45,203 bases of DNA from a virus. Taxonomy: Duplodnaviria > Caudoviricetes. Where the stretch lies: positions 1-45,203 of the IMG/VR virus record IMGVR_UViG_3300049044_000095; one strand, given 5' to 3'. This document shows, piece by piece, positions 6,883 to 16,426 of this stretch. Every line of letters starts with the position of its first letter. The stretch's first letter is position 1. The notes under the pieces are model-generated. The model was given only the letters and a program-made list of their open reading frames with translations. It did no database searches and was not told the origin of the DNA. Position numbers and translations under genes: made by a program.

Positions 6883-8715
6883 TCAGATCTTCTTCAAGAA
6901 CTTCTGGTGGAACTCCTCGTACGTACCGTCCGCGAGCTGCAACTGGACATGCTGGTAGGAGTCCGTGTTCTCGTCCTTGCCGACGCTCGCCACGACGCGA
7001 CCGATCTGGCCGAAGTTGACGTCGTTGCTGTCGAGCACCTCCGCCATGTCGTCGATCGACAGCGGGCCGCGGCTCTCCAGCTTCTTGAGCTCGGAGAAGT
7101 TGAACGACCTGGTCAGACCGGTGTCCAGCCGAACGCTGCATGACCTCGAGTCGGTGCTGGTCACGGTGACGTTGCCCTTCAGGCCGACGAAGGTGTTGTC
7201 GGCGTTGACCACCTCGACCAAGTCGTCCGTGGCGAACGACTTCTCGGGGAGCTCGTACTTGTGACCGACGCGGTAGAGATCCGCCGGCAGGTGGTGCTGG
7301 TAGTCGTTCTCGCCGTAGAGAACCTCGATGTAGTCCTCGGTCTTCCCCTCGGGGTCGCAACCCACCACGGTCACCAGACCGATGTCGCCGGACGGCTTAC
7401 CGACGACCTTGACGAGGTCGTTCATCTCCAGCGGGGCACTCAGCCGCAGCTGGTCCTCGTCGAACCACCACGGGGAGTCCTTGCCGTAAATCATGACCGC
7501 GAGCTGCCCGTCGGAGACCTCACCCATTGAGATCCCCTTCTTTCCGGTCGGCCAGTAGTCGTGACCCTCCAGGACCTCGACGATCTCGCCCTTGGCGAAC
7601 CGCGGCTTGTACTTGCCGGTGTCCCCGCCGTCGACGATCGAGGAAACCGCACCGAGGTTCTTGACGGGGTCGTTGTCCGCCTCGGGCGGCGTGTCGAACA
7701 TGGAGACCGGGTTTCCGCCGAACAGGCCGTTCTGGATGCGCTGGTTCATGACCTCCTCGGCGCTCTTCTGCACCGCGACGAACTCCTCGCGCCGCTCCGG
7801 CGTCATCTCCCGGATGGTCTGGACCGAACGCGGGTCCGCCGGCAGGTGGCCGAGCTTCTCCAGCTTCGGCAGCCCGATCTCCTCGCGAAGGTCGTTGATG
7901 GTGACGGTAGACTCCTCGGCCAAGTTCACGACCTGGTCGTCCTGACGAACCTTCTCCAGCGCGTCCACCAAGAACGTCACGAACTCCGGAACCTCCGGGT
8001 CTGCCGTGGCGAACTCGACGACCCGGAACACCGTGTCGCTCTTGACCACGTCGCCGTGCTGGCCGATGAAGGTCTTGCTGTGCTCGTTGTGGGACGCGTG
8101 CGGGAGCACCTTGACGAAGTCGCCGACGTTGATGGTGTCCTCCAGGTTCTTGGCCTCCATGGCCGCGAGCTGGTCCTTGGACGCCTGGCGCATCTCGTCG
8201 AGCAGGGACACGGGCATGCCGGCGCTGCCCTTCGAGGCGTCCACGCCGGCGTTCAGCTCCAGCTGCTTCATCGCCATCTTGTCGATCTTCGCGATCTGGT
8301 CGCTCTGGAAGAGGACCCTGCCGCGGGCGCCGAAGTCGACCCCGATCAGGTGCGGGTCGACCACCGTGCCTTCCCACCCGTCCCACTCGCCGTCGTTGGC
8401 ACGGATGAGATCGCCCTCCTTCAGCTCCACCGGGTGCGGCAGGTAGACGGCGAAGAACGCCTTGTTCGTCCACGCGCGGAAGTTGGAGCGGTACTTGGTG
8501 ATCCAGTGGCCGATCTTGACGAGCTGGTCCTCGTCGCTGTTGCGCCCCTGCTTGGGCAGGAGGATCGCGCCCATGTTGTGCGCGAGCCCCATCAGCTTGT
8601 ACTCGGCCTGCGTGACGGTGCCGCCGCACCAGGCCGCCACCGCGTCGATGTTGTCGGGGGTCACCTGGACCGCGTGGACGAACAGGGGCTTGCGGATGAA
8701 CTTGAGGATGTCCAT
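6883..8715 (-). CDS. Multi-KOW/SH3-like repeat protein
   Basis: About six GD.V.V...G..G.V motifs; N-terminal RKP..V.AVQ...AWCGG domain; strong GC3 bias. Confidence 0.75.
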   Translation of the reverse strand: MDILKFIRKPLFVHAVQVTPDNIDAVAAWCGGTVTQAEYKLMGLAHNMGAILLPKQGRNSDEDQLVKIGHWITKYRSNFRAWTNKAFFAVYLPHPVELKEGDLIRANDGEWDGWEGTVVDPHLIGVDFGARGRVLFQSDQIAKIDKMAMKQLELNAGVDASKGSAGMPVSLLDEMRQASKDQLAAMEAKNLEDTINVGDFVKVLPHASHNEHSKTFIGQHGDVVKSDTVFRVVEFATADPEVPEFVTFLVDALEKVRQDDQVVNLAEESTVTINDLREEIGLPKLEKLGHLPADPRSVQTIREMTPERREEFVAVQKSAEEVMNQRIQNGLFGGNPVSMFDTPPEADNDPVKNLGAVSSIVDGGDTGKYKPRFAKGEIVEVLEGHDYWPTGKKGISMGEVSDGQLAVMIYGKDSPWWFDEDQLRLSAPLEMNDLVKVVGKPSGDIGLVTVVGCDPEGKTEDYIEVLYGENDYQHHLPADLYRVGHKYELPEKSFATDDLVEVVNADNTFVGLKGNVTVTSTDSRSCSVRLDTGLTRSFNFSELKKLESRGPLSIDDMAEVLDSNDVNFGQIGRVVASVGKDENTDSYQHVQLQLADGTYEEFHQKFLKKI

Positions 8716-8745
8716 GATGTCCTTCGTGAGTCGATCTTAATGGAT

Positions 8746-9369
8746 CTAGAGGTTGAAGTCGGAGCCGAACGTGTGATGGCCCGTCTTGGTGTACTGGTCG
8801 ACGTACGTGCGGCGCGTCTCGCCGTCGTGCGTGACCTCGTAGTAGTGGTTGTCGCGGATGTTGGTGCTGATGAGTGCCTTCCAGTTCTTCAGTGTGGCAC
8901 AGAACCAGACGACGTAGATGTCCTCGATGGACACGTGCCGGGTGCTGTAGAAGGCGGTCCAGACCATCTGACGGGCCCTGTACATCGGGTCGTCCGTACG
9001 GAACTTCTTGAGTTCCGCGGGCCGGTTCTCCCGCGGAAGCGCGCTGTCCTGCAAGGCATCCGCGAACTGCTTGACGCTCGCGAGCGCCTCCTCAACACCA
9101 TAATTGAGCCCGACGCCGATCAGCTGGCTGTGGAGGTACTCACCGGTGCCGCCGGTCGGCTGGAAACGAACACCGTAGATCGTCGGCTGATCGGCCGAGA
9201 TGAACTCGACGACACCGACGTGGTTGTGGAACTGATCACCGGGATTGTCCACCCTGACGCGAGCGCCCTTGCCGAAGGTCATGTCCAGAGTCCCCTTGAA
9301 TCGGATGTGGTATTGGGTCTTGTCGCGGGAGAAGTCGAACCCTCCCGTGTTGTGCTTGCCGATCATCAC
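8746..9369 (-). CDS. KOW-like + DUF6275-like protein
   Basis: KGARVRV...HNHVGVV; C-terminal YVVWFCATLKNWKALIST...YYEVTH...YVDQY resembles DUF6275. Confidence 0.7.
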   Translation of the reverse strand: MMIGKHNTGGFDFSRDKTQYHIRFKGTLDMTFGKGARVRVDNPGDQFHNHVGVVEFISADQPTIYGVRFQPTGGTGEYLHSQLIGVGLNYGVEEALASVKQFADALQDSALPRENRPAELKKFRTDDPMYRARQMVWTAFYSTRHVSIEDIYVVWFCATLKNWKALISTNIRDNHYYEVTHDGETRRTYVDQYTKTGHHTFGSDFNL

Positions 9370-9378
9370 GGCCCGCTT

Positions 9379-9585
9379 TCAGTGCTTCTGAACCCTGAAG
9401 GTCCCGTTTTCTTCGTGAATTGCATCCCCAACCGAAGCGCGCTGCACGCTCTCTCCGACAGGGACGTTGATTCCTGGCTGGCTCTTCGTGGAGTCCAGCG
9501 CGTCGGTCTCCTGGACCAAACGGCCACCACACCACTGAGCGAGCTCAGCAGCATTGGTGGCCGTCACCAGTCGGACGTCGACCAT
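9379..9585 (-). CDS. Hypothetical protein, paralog of the N-terminal domain of the KOW-repeat protein
   Basis: VTATNAAELAQWCGG versus VTPDNIDAVAAWCGG; TGATG coupling to the upstream gene. Confidence 0.7.
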   Translation of the reverse strand: MVDVRLVTATNAAELAQWCGGRLVQETDALDSTKSQPGINVPVGESVQRASVGDAIHEENGTFRVQKH

Positions 9586-9857
9586 CAGTTGAAGAGCAGC
9601 TTCAGCATCTGCTCGTTGAGGCTGAAGAACCGGCCGTCTGAGTCCTTCGCCAGGTAGCTGGCACGGTCCACGCTGAAGCCTGCCGAGCCGTCCAGCTTGT
9701 TGGCCGAGACGGTCCGCCACTGCTGCAGACGAACCTCCCAGCTGGCATCGAGCTGGCTGAGGACGTAGCCGTACATCTCCGTGCCGTCGTCGCTCGTGGG
9801 CCAGTGAACGATCTCGATGTCGTCCGTACGACGCGTGCGAACCTCAGGAGTGAGCAT
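9585..9857 (-). CDS. Hypothetical protein
   Basis: ATG at 9857 after GGAAGG; 90 aa; stop overlaps the next start. Confidence 0.7.
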   Translation of the reverse strand: MLTPEVRTRRTDDIEIVHWPTSDDGTEMYGYVLSQLDASWEVRLQQWRTVSANKLDGSAGFSVDRASYLAKDSDGRFFSLNEQMLKLLFN

Positions 9858-9859
9858 GG

Positions 9860-10411
9860 TCACCTTCCGATCTCGGGAGTCTCGTAGAACTCCCCGTCGA
9901 TGTACTCCTCGCCAGCCGGCAGTTCCTTCTGGCGGTCCTCGGTCTTCCAGCCCTCGATGATGGCGTCCCACTTGTCCATCAGGTAGTCCTCTTCGATCTT
10001 GAGGACCAGGGTCTTGACGTACGCGGCGCGGCCGGCCTTGCCGTTGATGTCGTAGTCGTACGGCGTGATGGTCACGTCGGCGTACTCGATGTCGACCCAG
10101 TCGAGGGTCTCTGCGAGATCTTCCGTGATCATCGTCTTGCCGCGCCGGGTGACCTGAACCAGCTTGGGCGGCTTGTTCTCGAACGCCACCTTCACCTGGA
10201 TGTACGGCTGGGGGTCCTCGTCCTCGTCACGAGCCTTGAGGTACTTGACGTTCCAGCCATCCGCGAGCATCTTGTGGGCGACCTCGTGCGGCAGGATCAC
10301 CGCGAAGTTCCGCTTGCCCTTCGGGTTGTACTTGTCCTCACGACCCTCGAAGTTCCGGAACGCGATCCGGGCGTCCTCGATCGTGATGTCTTCGTTCTTG
10401 CGCATGTTCAC
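9860..10411 (-). CDS. Putative single-stranded DNA-binding protein
   Basis: ARIAFRNFEG...RNFAV pattern, aromatic beta-rich core and acidic C-terminal tail; located near the replicase. Confidence 0.65.
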   Translation of the reverse strand: MNMRKNEDITIEDARIAFRNFEGREDKYNPKGKRNFAVILPHEVAHKMLADGWNVKYLKARDEDEDPQPYIQVKVAFENKPPKLVQVTRRGKTMITEDLAETLDWVDIEYADVTITPYDYDINGKAGRAAYVKTLVLKIEEDYLMDKWDAIIEGWKTEDRQKELPAGEEYIDGEFYETPEIGR

Positions 10412-10500
10412 TTGTCCTTCGCGTCGTCCGGGTCGAGGTTGTCCGACGAGTTTCTACCGCCGTCCATCCAGTCCTGGAACTTGTCGCCGATCCAACTCAC
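10408..10500 (-). CDS. 30-aa hypothetical protein
   Basis: GTG start overlaps the upstream stop and its own stop overlaps the SSB start; MSWIGDKFQDWM... Confidence 0.55.
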   Translation of the reverse strand: MSWIGDKFQDWMDGGRNSSDNLDPDDAKDK

Positions 10501-10877
10501 TGTGGGCCCTCCTCGACCAGCTTGGGGATCTCGAGCTGGTTGGCGTCCTGGATCGTGCCGAGGTGAAGGATGTTCAGCTGACGCGCCGAGAAGTACGTGT
10601 GGCTGTCCGCGTCCAGCTGCGTGCCGAAGTCGACCGCGATGCTGTCCGCGTCCAGCTTCACGATCCTGCCGATGCGCATGTGGCAGACGTGATCGGTGTC
10701 GAACACCTGGACCGTCTGACCGACCTCGAACATCGGTCGGTCCTTCACCTCTTCCGTCTCGAGCCAGGTCTTGAACAGCCGGCCGATCTCGATGTGGGAA
10801 GCGTGCATCTTCTTCACGGCGTTCGTGAGCTCGCTCAGCCGAGAGTTGATGCCGCGAAGTTGGCTCTCCTCGGTCAT
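10497..10877 (-). CDS. Hypothetical protein with KOW-like motif
   Basis: FEVGQTVQV...RIGRIV; ATGA coupling and GGAG RBS. Confidence 0.75.
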   Translation of the reverse strand: MTEESQLRGINSRLSELTNAVKKMHASHIEIGRLFKTWLETEEVKDRPMFEVGQTVQVFDTDHVCHMRIGRIVKLDADSIAVDFGTQLDADSHTYFSARQLNILHLGTIQDANQLEIPKLVEEGPQ

Positions 10878-11005
10878 TGCTCGTTCTCCTTCTTCTCGGC
10901 AGCCTTCTTCTCTGCCTCTTCCTTGTCGAGCGCATCCTGAATTTTCTTCTTGATGCGCTCGATTTCTTCCGGCGTGGGTCCGCCGCTGCCGTTACCGCTG
11001 CTCAC
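10874..11005 (-). CDS. 43-aa charged hypothetical protein
   Basis: GTG start coupled to the upstream stop with GGGGAG RBS; MSSGNGSGGPTPEEIERIKKK... Confidence 0.6.
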   Translation of the reverse strand: MSSGNGSGGPTPEEIERIKKKIQDALDKEEAEKKAAEKKENEQ

Positions 11006-11166
11006 TTCTCCCCTTTCTGGTTTCGCAGGTACTCCTCGAGCTGACGGACCGTGGTCCAGTGCTGAGGAACCCGAGCGGCGATGGCAGCCGCTACTTTGGA
11101 CTTCAGTGTGTGGAGCAGATCCGCCCCGCAGCTCATCGCGACGATCGCGGCACCGAGAAACTTCAT
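11002..11166 (-). CDS. 54-aa hypothetical protein
   Basis: TGATG coupling; MKFLGAAIVAMSCG... Confidence 0.55.
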   Translation of the reverse strand: MKFLGAAIVAMSCGADLLHTLKSKVAAAIAARVPQHWTTVRQLEEYLRNQKGEK

Positions 11167-11447
11167 CAGAAGTCGCCCTTTTCGTGATCGTTGTTCTCCG
11201 GGTCGCTCCGCTTCCACGTCTGCGGAATGGGACGTTCCCAGTCGACGTCCTCCTTGACACCACGAGCCGCCTCGAGAACCTCACGGAGCGTCGCGTCAAG
11301 ACCCTTCTCCGCCAAGGCAGCACTCGAGCCCACGAGCATCAGGTTGACGCACTGCTTGACGGACCATGGCAGGAGCTGGGCCACCCACATCGCCCAACGA
11401 GGCGGAAGCGGGTGCTTGCTCTTGATGTTGATCTTGATGGATTTCAT
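11166..11447 (-). CDS. Hypothetical protein
   Basis: 93-aa ORF, ATGA-coupled to the polymerase stop. Confidence 0.65.
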   Translation of the reverse strand: MKSIKINIKSKHPLPPRWAMWVAQLLPWSVKQCVNLMLVGSSAALAEKGLDATLREVLEAARGVKEDVDWERPIPQTWKRSDPENNDHEKGDF

Positions 11448-14400
11448 GCGACGAACTCCTCGAAAGAGCCGAACTTCTCGATGGTGTTCTTGGCGTCTTC
11501 CACCAGCTTCTCGAAGTAGCTGAGGTCGACGTCCTTATCGCCGAGCGACTTCTCCTCGACCCAGTGGTAGCCCTTGGTTCCGGTCGCCGCGTAGTCCTTG
11601 TTGTCGTGGACACGCAACAGCCGGCCGCCCTGCCCGGAGTTCTCGTCCACTGGAACGAACCTGCCGGTGCGCCCGACGAACTGCCGGCCCGTCGGGAGCT
11701 CCAACACGAGGTGGCCCTTCGAGACCTGCTTGGTCTCAGCCAGGTCCTTCGGCAGGATCGGATCGCCACTGAACAACGTCTTGAAGACGTACGGGTGCTT
11801 GAACTGAGCACCCACTGCGGTCCATTCGGCCTTCTCGTCCGGACCGGTCTGCGCGACGTACACGGCGTCGTTCACGAGCACGAACTTCTTGTAAGTGTTC
11901 TCGTGTTCGAAGGTGTAGCCATACTTCTCACCGAACCTGAAGACGAAGTCGATGATCTCCTGCGTAGCGCCGGGGATCTTGATCGAGTCCGTCTTGATGT
12001 GCGCGACCGTGAAGCCCTTCTCCTGCACTGCGTGCTTCAGGTCGATCATGAACAACGCACCGCGCTTGGCGGCGATGTTGTCCTTGTTGCGCTTGTCGCG
12101 GAACGGACTGTCGAACGTGGCCGACGTCAGTCCGTAGACCGTGTTGATCACGATCTTCAGCGCGTACGAAAGGCTGTTCGCCTTGCCGATGTCGTACACG
12201 TCCTCTCGATCCCGCAGATATGGATCGAGCTTTCCGCCCAGCATCTTGGAGGCCGCGTCGTAGTCCCGGTGCTTGATCGCGAGCCGAGCGTCCATCAGAG
12301 CCTTGAAGTTCGCCGTGTACTTGCCGAACATGTTCAGCTGGATGATGGAGGTGGGGTGCATCGAGGCGACGTCAAGGAGTGCGACATCCTCATACATTCC
12401 TTGTTCCGCGTATACGTAGCCACCTTCTCCGACCAGCTCTCCGCGGTACGTGGACTTCCCGAGGTCGAACTCGTACCCGGGGAATTCCTTGGAGAGATCG
12501 GTGTAGACGAAGTGTTGCTGGGGGTTGCGATCGCCCTCGAAGATGATCGCCGCGGTGTGGTTGGCGGTGGTGTGGTTGACCGTGAGCCCGCTGAGTTCTG
12601 CAAGGATCTGGCGAGCGACGAAGTCTTGCTCACGCGCTTCGAAGACCTGCTCCAACGTGACCACGTCGTTGACACAGTACTCCTCCACCTTCTTCCACAG
12701 CTCCTTGGGGACCGGTTCGTCCCAAGGAATGTCCATCTCCTGGTGGTTGAGGCCGAGCTCGATCTGGAACTTCTTGAGGGACTGCTTGACACTGCTGAAG
12801 TCGAAGACGTCCGCGTACGACAGATCGTACGCCTGCGCGAACATGCTGTTCGTCTTCTTGTCCATGATGCGCTGGCTGAGCTGGTAAAGCTGCTCGTTGC
12901 TGTAACCGAGCATCGCGCCCCACAGGATGTGGTTGTCGTACCTACGGTTGTTGAAGCCGACAAGCTTCAACTTGAACAGCCCCTCCACCTCGGCCGGCGT
13001 GGGGTTGATCATCCGAACCGTCGTGTCAGATCCGCGGTACTTCCAGCAGATCATGAACAGGTTGGGATACACCTCAATGTCAAAGAAGACAATGGGTGCG
13101 TCTCGCGGGACGGCGTCGACGACGGGCTGGTTGTGATGTACGGCCTGACCCGAGAAACGCATCTGTTGGACTGTCTTGAGACATGCCAAGGATTGGTTTG
13201 TACTGTTGTTCGCAAAGGCCAAGAGAGCGCCTCTGAGGTCAGTGACGTCGTACTGGAGACCCGAGGAATATGCCTCGTCAAGGATCTTCTTGATGAAGTC
13301 GATGGAAGGCTTGGTTCCGGGGTGGATCTCCTTCCGGACGTTGCGAGCGATGAGAGCACGAAGTCCCTGCTCGCTCTGAATCGTCGTTGCAGGGAGCACC
13401 TTGGGCTTCTCCTTGAGAGGAAGGCCGCTGCTGATCGTAGCGACTGGGACAGCGTTGCACTTCGTGAGACGACGACGAAGAGAAGCATTGCCGCCGTACA
13501 CCTTGATCTCGATTCCCTCGGAGAATATCCGGGAGAGTCGAGAAACATCACCGTCGTAAAGGTAGTGAAGATGAACTCCTTCACCACTCTTCGAGAGTTC
13601 GGCGTAGGTCGGAGGCCACTGCGAAGCGGCTTCGAGATTTCGAGCGAGTGTCTTCCCACCATCATCTCCCTTCAGATCGAAGTCGATCACGATGTGGTTC
13701 GGTGGGACCTTCACGTAGTGGAGCTCGTGAGTGTCGATTTCTGCCAAAGTCGTCTTGACCTTGGACCAGGACATAGACGGCGTACCGTCTTCTTTGCAGT
13801 GTTGCGCCGGCATCTCGGCGAGCATGTCATCAAGAAGTGAAACCTTGTCCTCGATGACAAGCGAGAATATGGCTTCGTCTTTCTGGATGGGTGCTTTGAA
13901 TTTGTTCGCGGTGAAGCCCGAGTAGTAGCTGCGGACCAGCGTCCCGTTTACCTCGGTCTTGTCCTTGAACTCGTCAAAGTAGTTGCGGAGTTCATCGCGG
14001 AGTTTGTACTGCGGAATGGGCTTCTCGATGCCCGTTGTGCTGCAGTACTCCTTGTACAGCTCGTACGCCTGCTTCAGCGTCGCGCCGTTCTGCTCCTCGA
14101 AGATCTCGTAATAGAACTCGATGAAATTGAAAATGACATCGGTTTGCAGCATCATCTCGGTAGGACGATAGCTGTTGTAGTAGTTCTTGCCATGAGTACG
14201 GTAGACATTCAAGCAATGAGTCGCGATAGCCCCAAGCTCGAAGTCGATCCGACTCATTATCGTGTTGTACTCGTTTGGCGGGATGATCACACCCGTGGGA
14301 TGAATGTCGATCAACCGACGAATGATACCAGACTTCGCGTCTGAAATTTTGACTGGCTGATTCGTCCCCATGAAGAGAAGCGCGTTCACCCGACCAACAT

Positions 14401-15178
14401 AGCTGGGCTTGTACTTCTCGTTCATACGGATGTCTTCGTGGGCGACAATGGAATTCAACTTCGTATTGTCGTCGATTCTGCTCAAGTCCCCATCGTGCTG
14501 GATCGCAACAAGTGGGTTTGTCTTGAACGCTTCCGTCGCGAAGGCGTTGTTGTTCGAGCCCAGCGCTTTCGCTTCGAAAGTCGCACAGTATCCGTCGAAC
14601 AGCTTCTCGATGATCGCCATGATCGTCGACTTCCCCGTACCCGGCTGGCCGTAGAAGACGAAGAACTTCTGGATCTTCTTGGAGTCGCCGGAGATGATCG
14701 AGCCGATTGCCCACTCGATCTTCCTCCTCTCCTCGACGGAGTAGAGCGTCCCTACAAGCTTATCCCACGAGGAGTAATCGCCCTCCTCAAGAGAATATGG
14801 CAGGCGACGACTGACGTAATCAGAGCGTTTCACCGTCTGATTCGCGAATGTGAGCTTCTCGTCCAGCTGGTGGAAGTTGTCGCTCACATTGCGCATGAGC
14901 ATACGGTAGTTGATCCACGATTTGCTGTTGTAGCTTCGCATGGACCTGATCGACGCACCGGGGTGATGCTCGTCAGCGTACTTCCGCAGCTCAGCGTCTA
15001 CCAGCCGGCCGACGTCGTACTCATCGGTAGACCAGAGACCCGCTTCTTCGTCCCAGATCGCATAGAACGAGGCGCCTCGAACCATGAGATCTTTGGAGCG
15101 ACCTACGATGAAGCTGGGGGTCAACGTGGTCTTGCCCTTTTTCTCATCGACGTCGACTTGCACTGTGTAGAAATCCAA
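11444..15178 (-). CDS. Fused SF3 (D5-like) helicase - AEP primase - family B DNA polymerase
   Basis: Walker A GQPGTGKST; AEP motifs VIDFD and SKSGEGVHLHY; exonuclease motifs FFDIE, GFNNRRYD and YCVND; PolB motifs DVASMHP, KIVINTVYG and KTDS; TTG start after AAGGGGG. Confidence 0.9.
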   Translation of the reverse strand: MDFYTVQVDVDEKKGKTTLTPSFIVGRSKDLMVRGASFYAIWDEEAGLWSTDEYDVGRLVDAELRKYADEHHPGASIRSMRSYNSKSWINYRMLMRNVSDNFHQLDEKLTFANQTVKRSDYVSRRLPYSLEEGDYSSWDKLVGTLYSVEERRKIEWAIGSIISGDSKKIQKFFVFYGQPGTGKSTIMAIIEKLFDGYCATFEAKALGSNNNAFATEAFKTNPLVAIQHDGDLSRIDDNTKLNSIVAHEDIRMNEKYKPSYVGRVNALLFMGTNQPVKISDAKSGIIRRLIDIHPTGVIIPPNEYNTIMSRIDFELGAIATHCLNVYRTHGKNYYNSYRPTEMMLQTDVIFNFIEFYYEIFEEQNGATLKQAYELYKEYCSTTGIEKPIPQYKLRDELRNYFDEFKDKTEVNGTLVRSYYSGFTANKFKAPIQKDEAIFSLVIEDKVSLLDDMLAEMPAQHCKEDGTPSMSWSKVKTTLAEIDTHELHYVKVPPNHIVIDFDLKGDDGGKTLARNLEAASQWPPTYAELSKSGEGVHLHYLYDGDVSRLSRIFSEGIEIKVYGGNASLRRRLTKCNAVPVATISSGLPLKEKPKVLPATTIQSEQGLRALIARNVRKEIHPGTKPSIDFIKKILDEAYSSGLQYDVTDLRGALLAFANNSTNQSLACLKTVQQMRFSGQAVHHNQPVVDAVPRDAPIVFFDIEVYPNLFMICWKYRGSDTTVRMINPTPAEVEGLFKLKLVGFNNRRYDNHILWGAMLGYSNEQLYQLSQRIMDKKTNSMFAQAYDLSYADVFDFSSVKQSLKKFQIELGLNHQEMDIPWDEPVPKELWKKVEEYCVNDVVTLEQVFEAREQDFVARQILAELSGLTVNHTTANHTAAIIFEGDRNPQQHFVYTDLSKEFPGYEFDLGKSTYRGELVGEGGYVYAEQGMYEDVALLDVASMHPTSIIQLNMFGKYTANFKALMDARLAIKHRDYDAASKMLGGKLDPYLRDREDVYDIGKANSLSYALKIVINTVYGLTSATFDSPFRDKRNKDNIAAKRGALFMIDLKHAVQEKGFTVAHIKTDSIKIPGATQEIIDFVFRFGEKYGYTFEHENTYKKFVLVNDAVYVAQTGPDEKAEWTAVGAQFKHPYVFKTLFSGDPILPKDLAETKQVSKGHLVLELPTGRQFVGRTGRFVPVDENSGQGGRLLRVHDNKDYAATGTKGYHWVEEKSLGDKDVDLSYFEKLVEDAKNTIEKFGSFEEFVA

Positions 15179-15189
15179 CGGTGACCCCC

Positions 15190-15717
15190 TTACATGTCTT
15201 GAAGGATGTATTCCATCATCTGGTACCAAAGGTCAACCTTGCGCTGATCTTTGGATGGATTTCGCAACGGGAACAAACCCCCGGTGCCGGCAAAATCGTA
15301 CAAGCGGCGATTCACGACGTACAGACGTGTCCGCACGAAGTCTTGGGAATAACCGCTTCGATCGTGGAAACCCTTGAATCCGAGATTCTCGACGAGATGC
15401 CAGAACCAGAATTCCACGGACTTTTCCGTCTGGAACTCCAGACGACGCGCGAGACCGAGCAGCATCTCCAGAAAAGAACATCCGAGGGAGAGCCATTCCT
15501 CGTCAACGTCGAGGCGCGCTTGAGCTGCCCATTCTCGACGTATGTCTTTCCCATCTTCTGCTCGGTCATCGTCGTTAGGGACGAAATATTCGAACTCCGT
15601 GCAGTAGAGCTGACGCAGGAGTTTCCAATATGTTTTCGTCCCTCTGCGGAGCCTGGCGTCGGCTACTTGGCCGTACATCCAGCCTAAGTAAACGTCGTCA
15701 GGCGTGCCGGCAGGCAC
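15190..15717 (-). CDS. Hypothetical phage protein
   Basis: 175-aa ORF packed tightly between its neighbours. Confidence 0.8.
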   Translation of the reverse strand: MPAGTPDDVYLGWMYGQVADARLRRGTKTYWKLLRQLYCTEFEYFVPNDDDRAEDGKDIRREWAAQARLDVDEEWLSLGCSFLEMLLGLARRLEFQTEKSVEFWFWHLVENLGFKGFHDRSGYSQDFVRTRLYVVNRRLYDFAGTGGLFPLRNPSKDQRKVDLWYQMMEYILQDM

Positions 15718-16413
15718 TTATCCGCCTTGACTGGGGCGATCAGTCACGGGCTCCATCTGGTGGACCGAACGCCAGTACGATCCGCTGTCGCGGACGATCT
15801 CGAACTCCAGGCGAAGGTGGTTGTTCCGGACGTAGACGTGGTTGGCGTGCTCCGTCAGATGACCGAACCGATCGAGAGCCAACTCGCCGACGGTCCCGAG
15901 GACGTCTTCGATCCTCTCGTCGTCGGCATCCGCGAGAACTCTGTCCTCGGCGTAGAAGGTCATCGTCCCCTGCATGTACCCGCTTTCCTCGTTCTCGTAC
16001 TCCGCCTGGGAGATGACAACGATTTCGCCGGGCTCTTCGTTGATCGCGAAGATGTTCTCCTCCACAACGGGAGGAGGTTTCTCCACGGCGGCCGCCTTCT
16101 CCACTTCGATCTGAGAAGTCTTGATCTTGTGGTAGGCGACCTGTTCCCGCGGCTCCTGGGAACGGTAGTCGTCGAGGATCTCCTCGACTTCCGCCGGCAC
16201 CAGCCTCTCGACCGCTTCCTCGGGGGAAGGGAACGGCTGCTTGGCCGCGTACATCCGACGCGCTGCCGACCGTTCCTTCGCCGTGACCTCCGCTACCGCC
16301 TCGTCGAACTCACGCATCAGCCGGCGCTCGGCGAGCTTGAACCCCACGACACTTCCCAGAATCCCGCCGGCAAGGAACACACCACCGGTGAAAAGAGAGC
16401 TCCTTGAACTCAT
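15718..16413 (-). CDS. Hypothetical protein with N-terminal hydrophobic anchor
   Basis: GGVFLAGGILGSVVG followed by an acidic body; AAGGAG RBS. Confidence 0.8.
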   Translation of the reverse strand: MSSRSSLFTGGVFLAGGILGSVVGFKLAERRLMREFDEAVAEVTAKERSAARRMYAAKQPFPSPEEAVERLVPAEVEEILDDYRSQEPREQVAYHKIKTSQIEVEKAAAVEKPPPVVEENIFAINEEPGEIVVISQAEYENEESGYMQGTMTFYAEDRVLADADDERIEDVLGTVGELALDRFGHLTEHANHVYVRNNHLRLEFEIVRDSGSYWRSVHQMEPVTDRPSQGG

Positions 16414-16426
16414 AGCAGCGTCTCCT

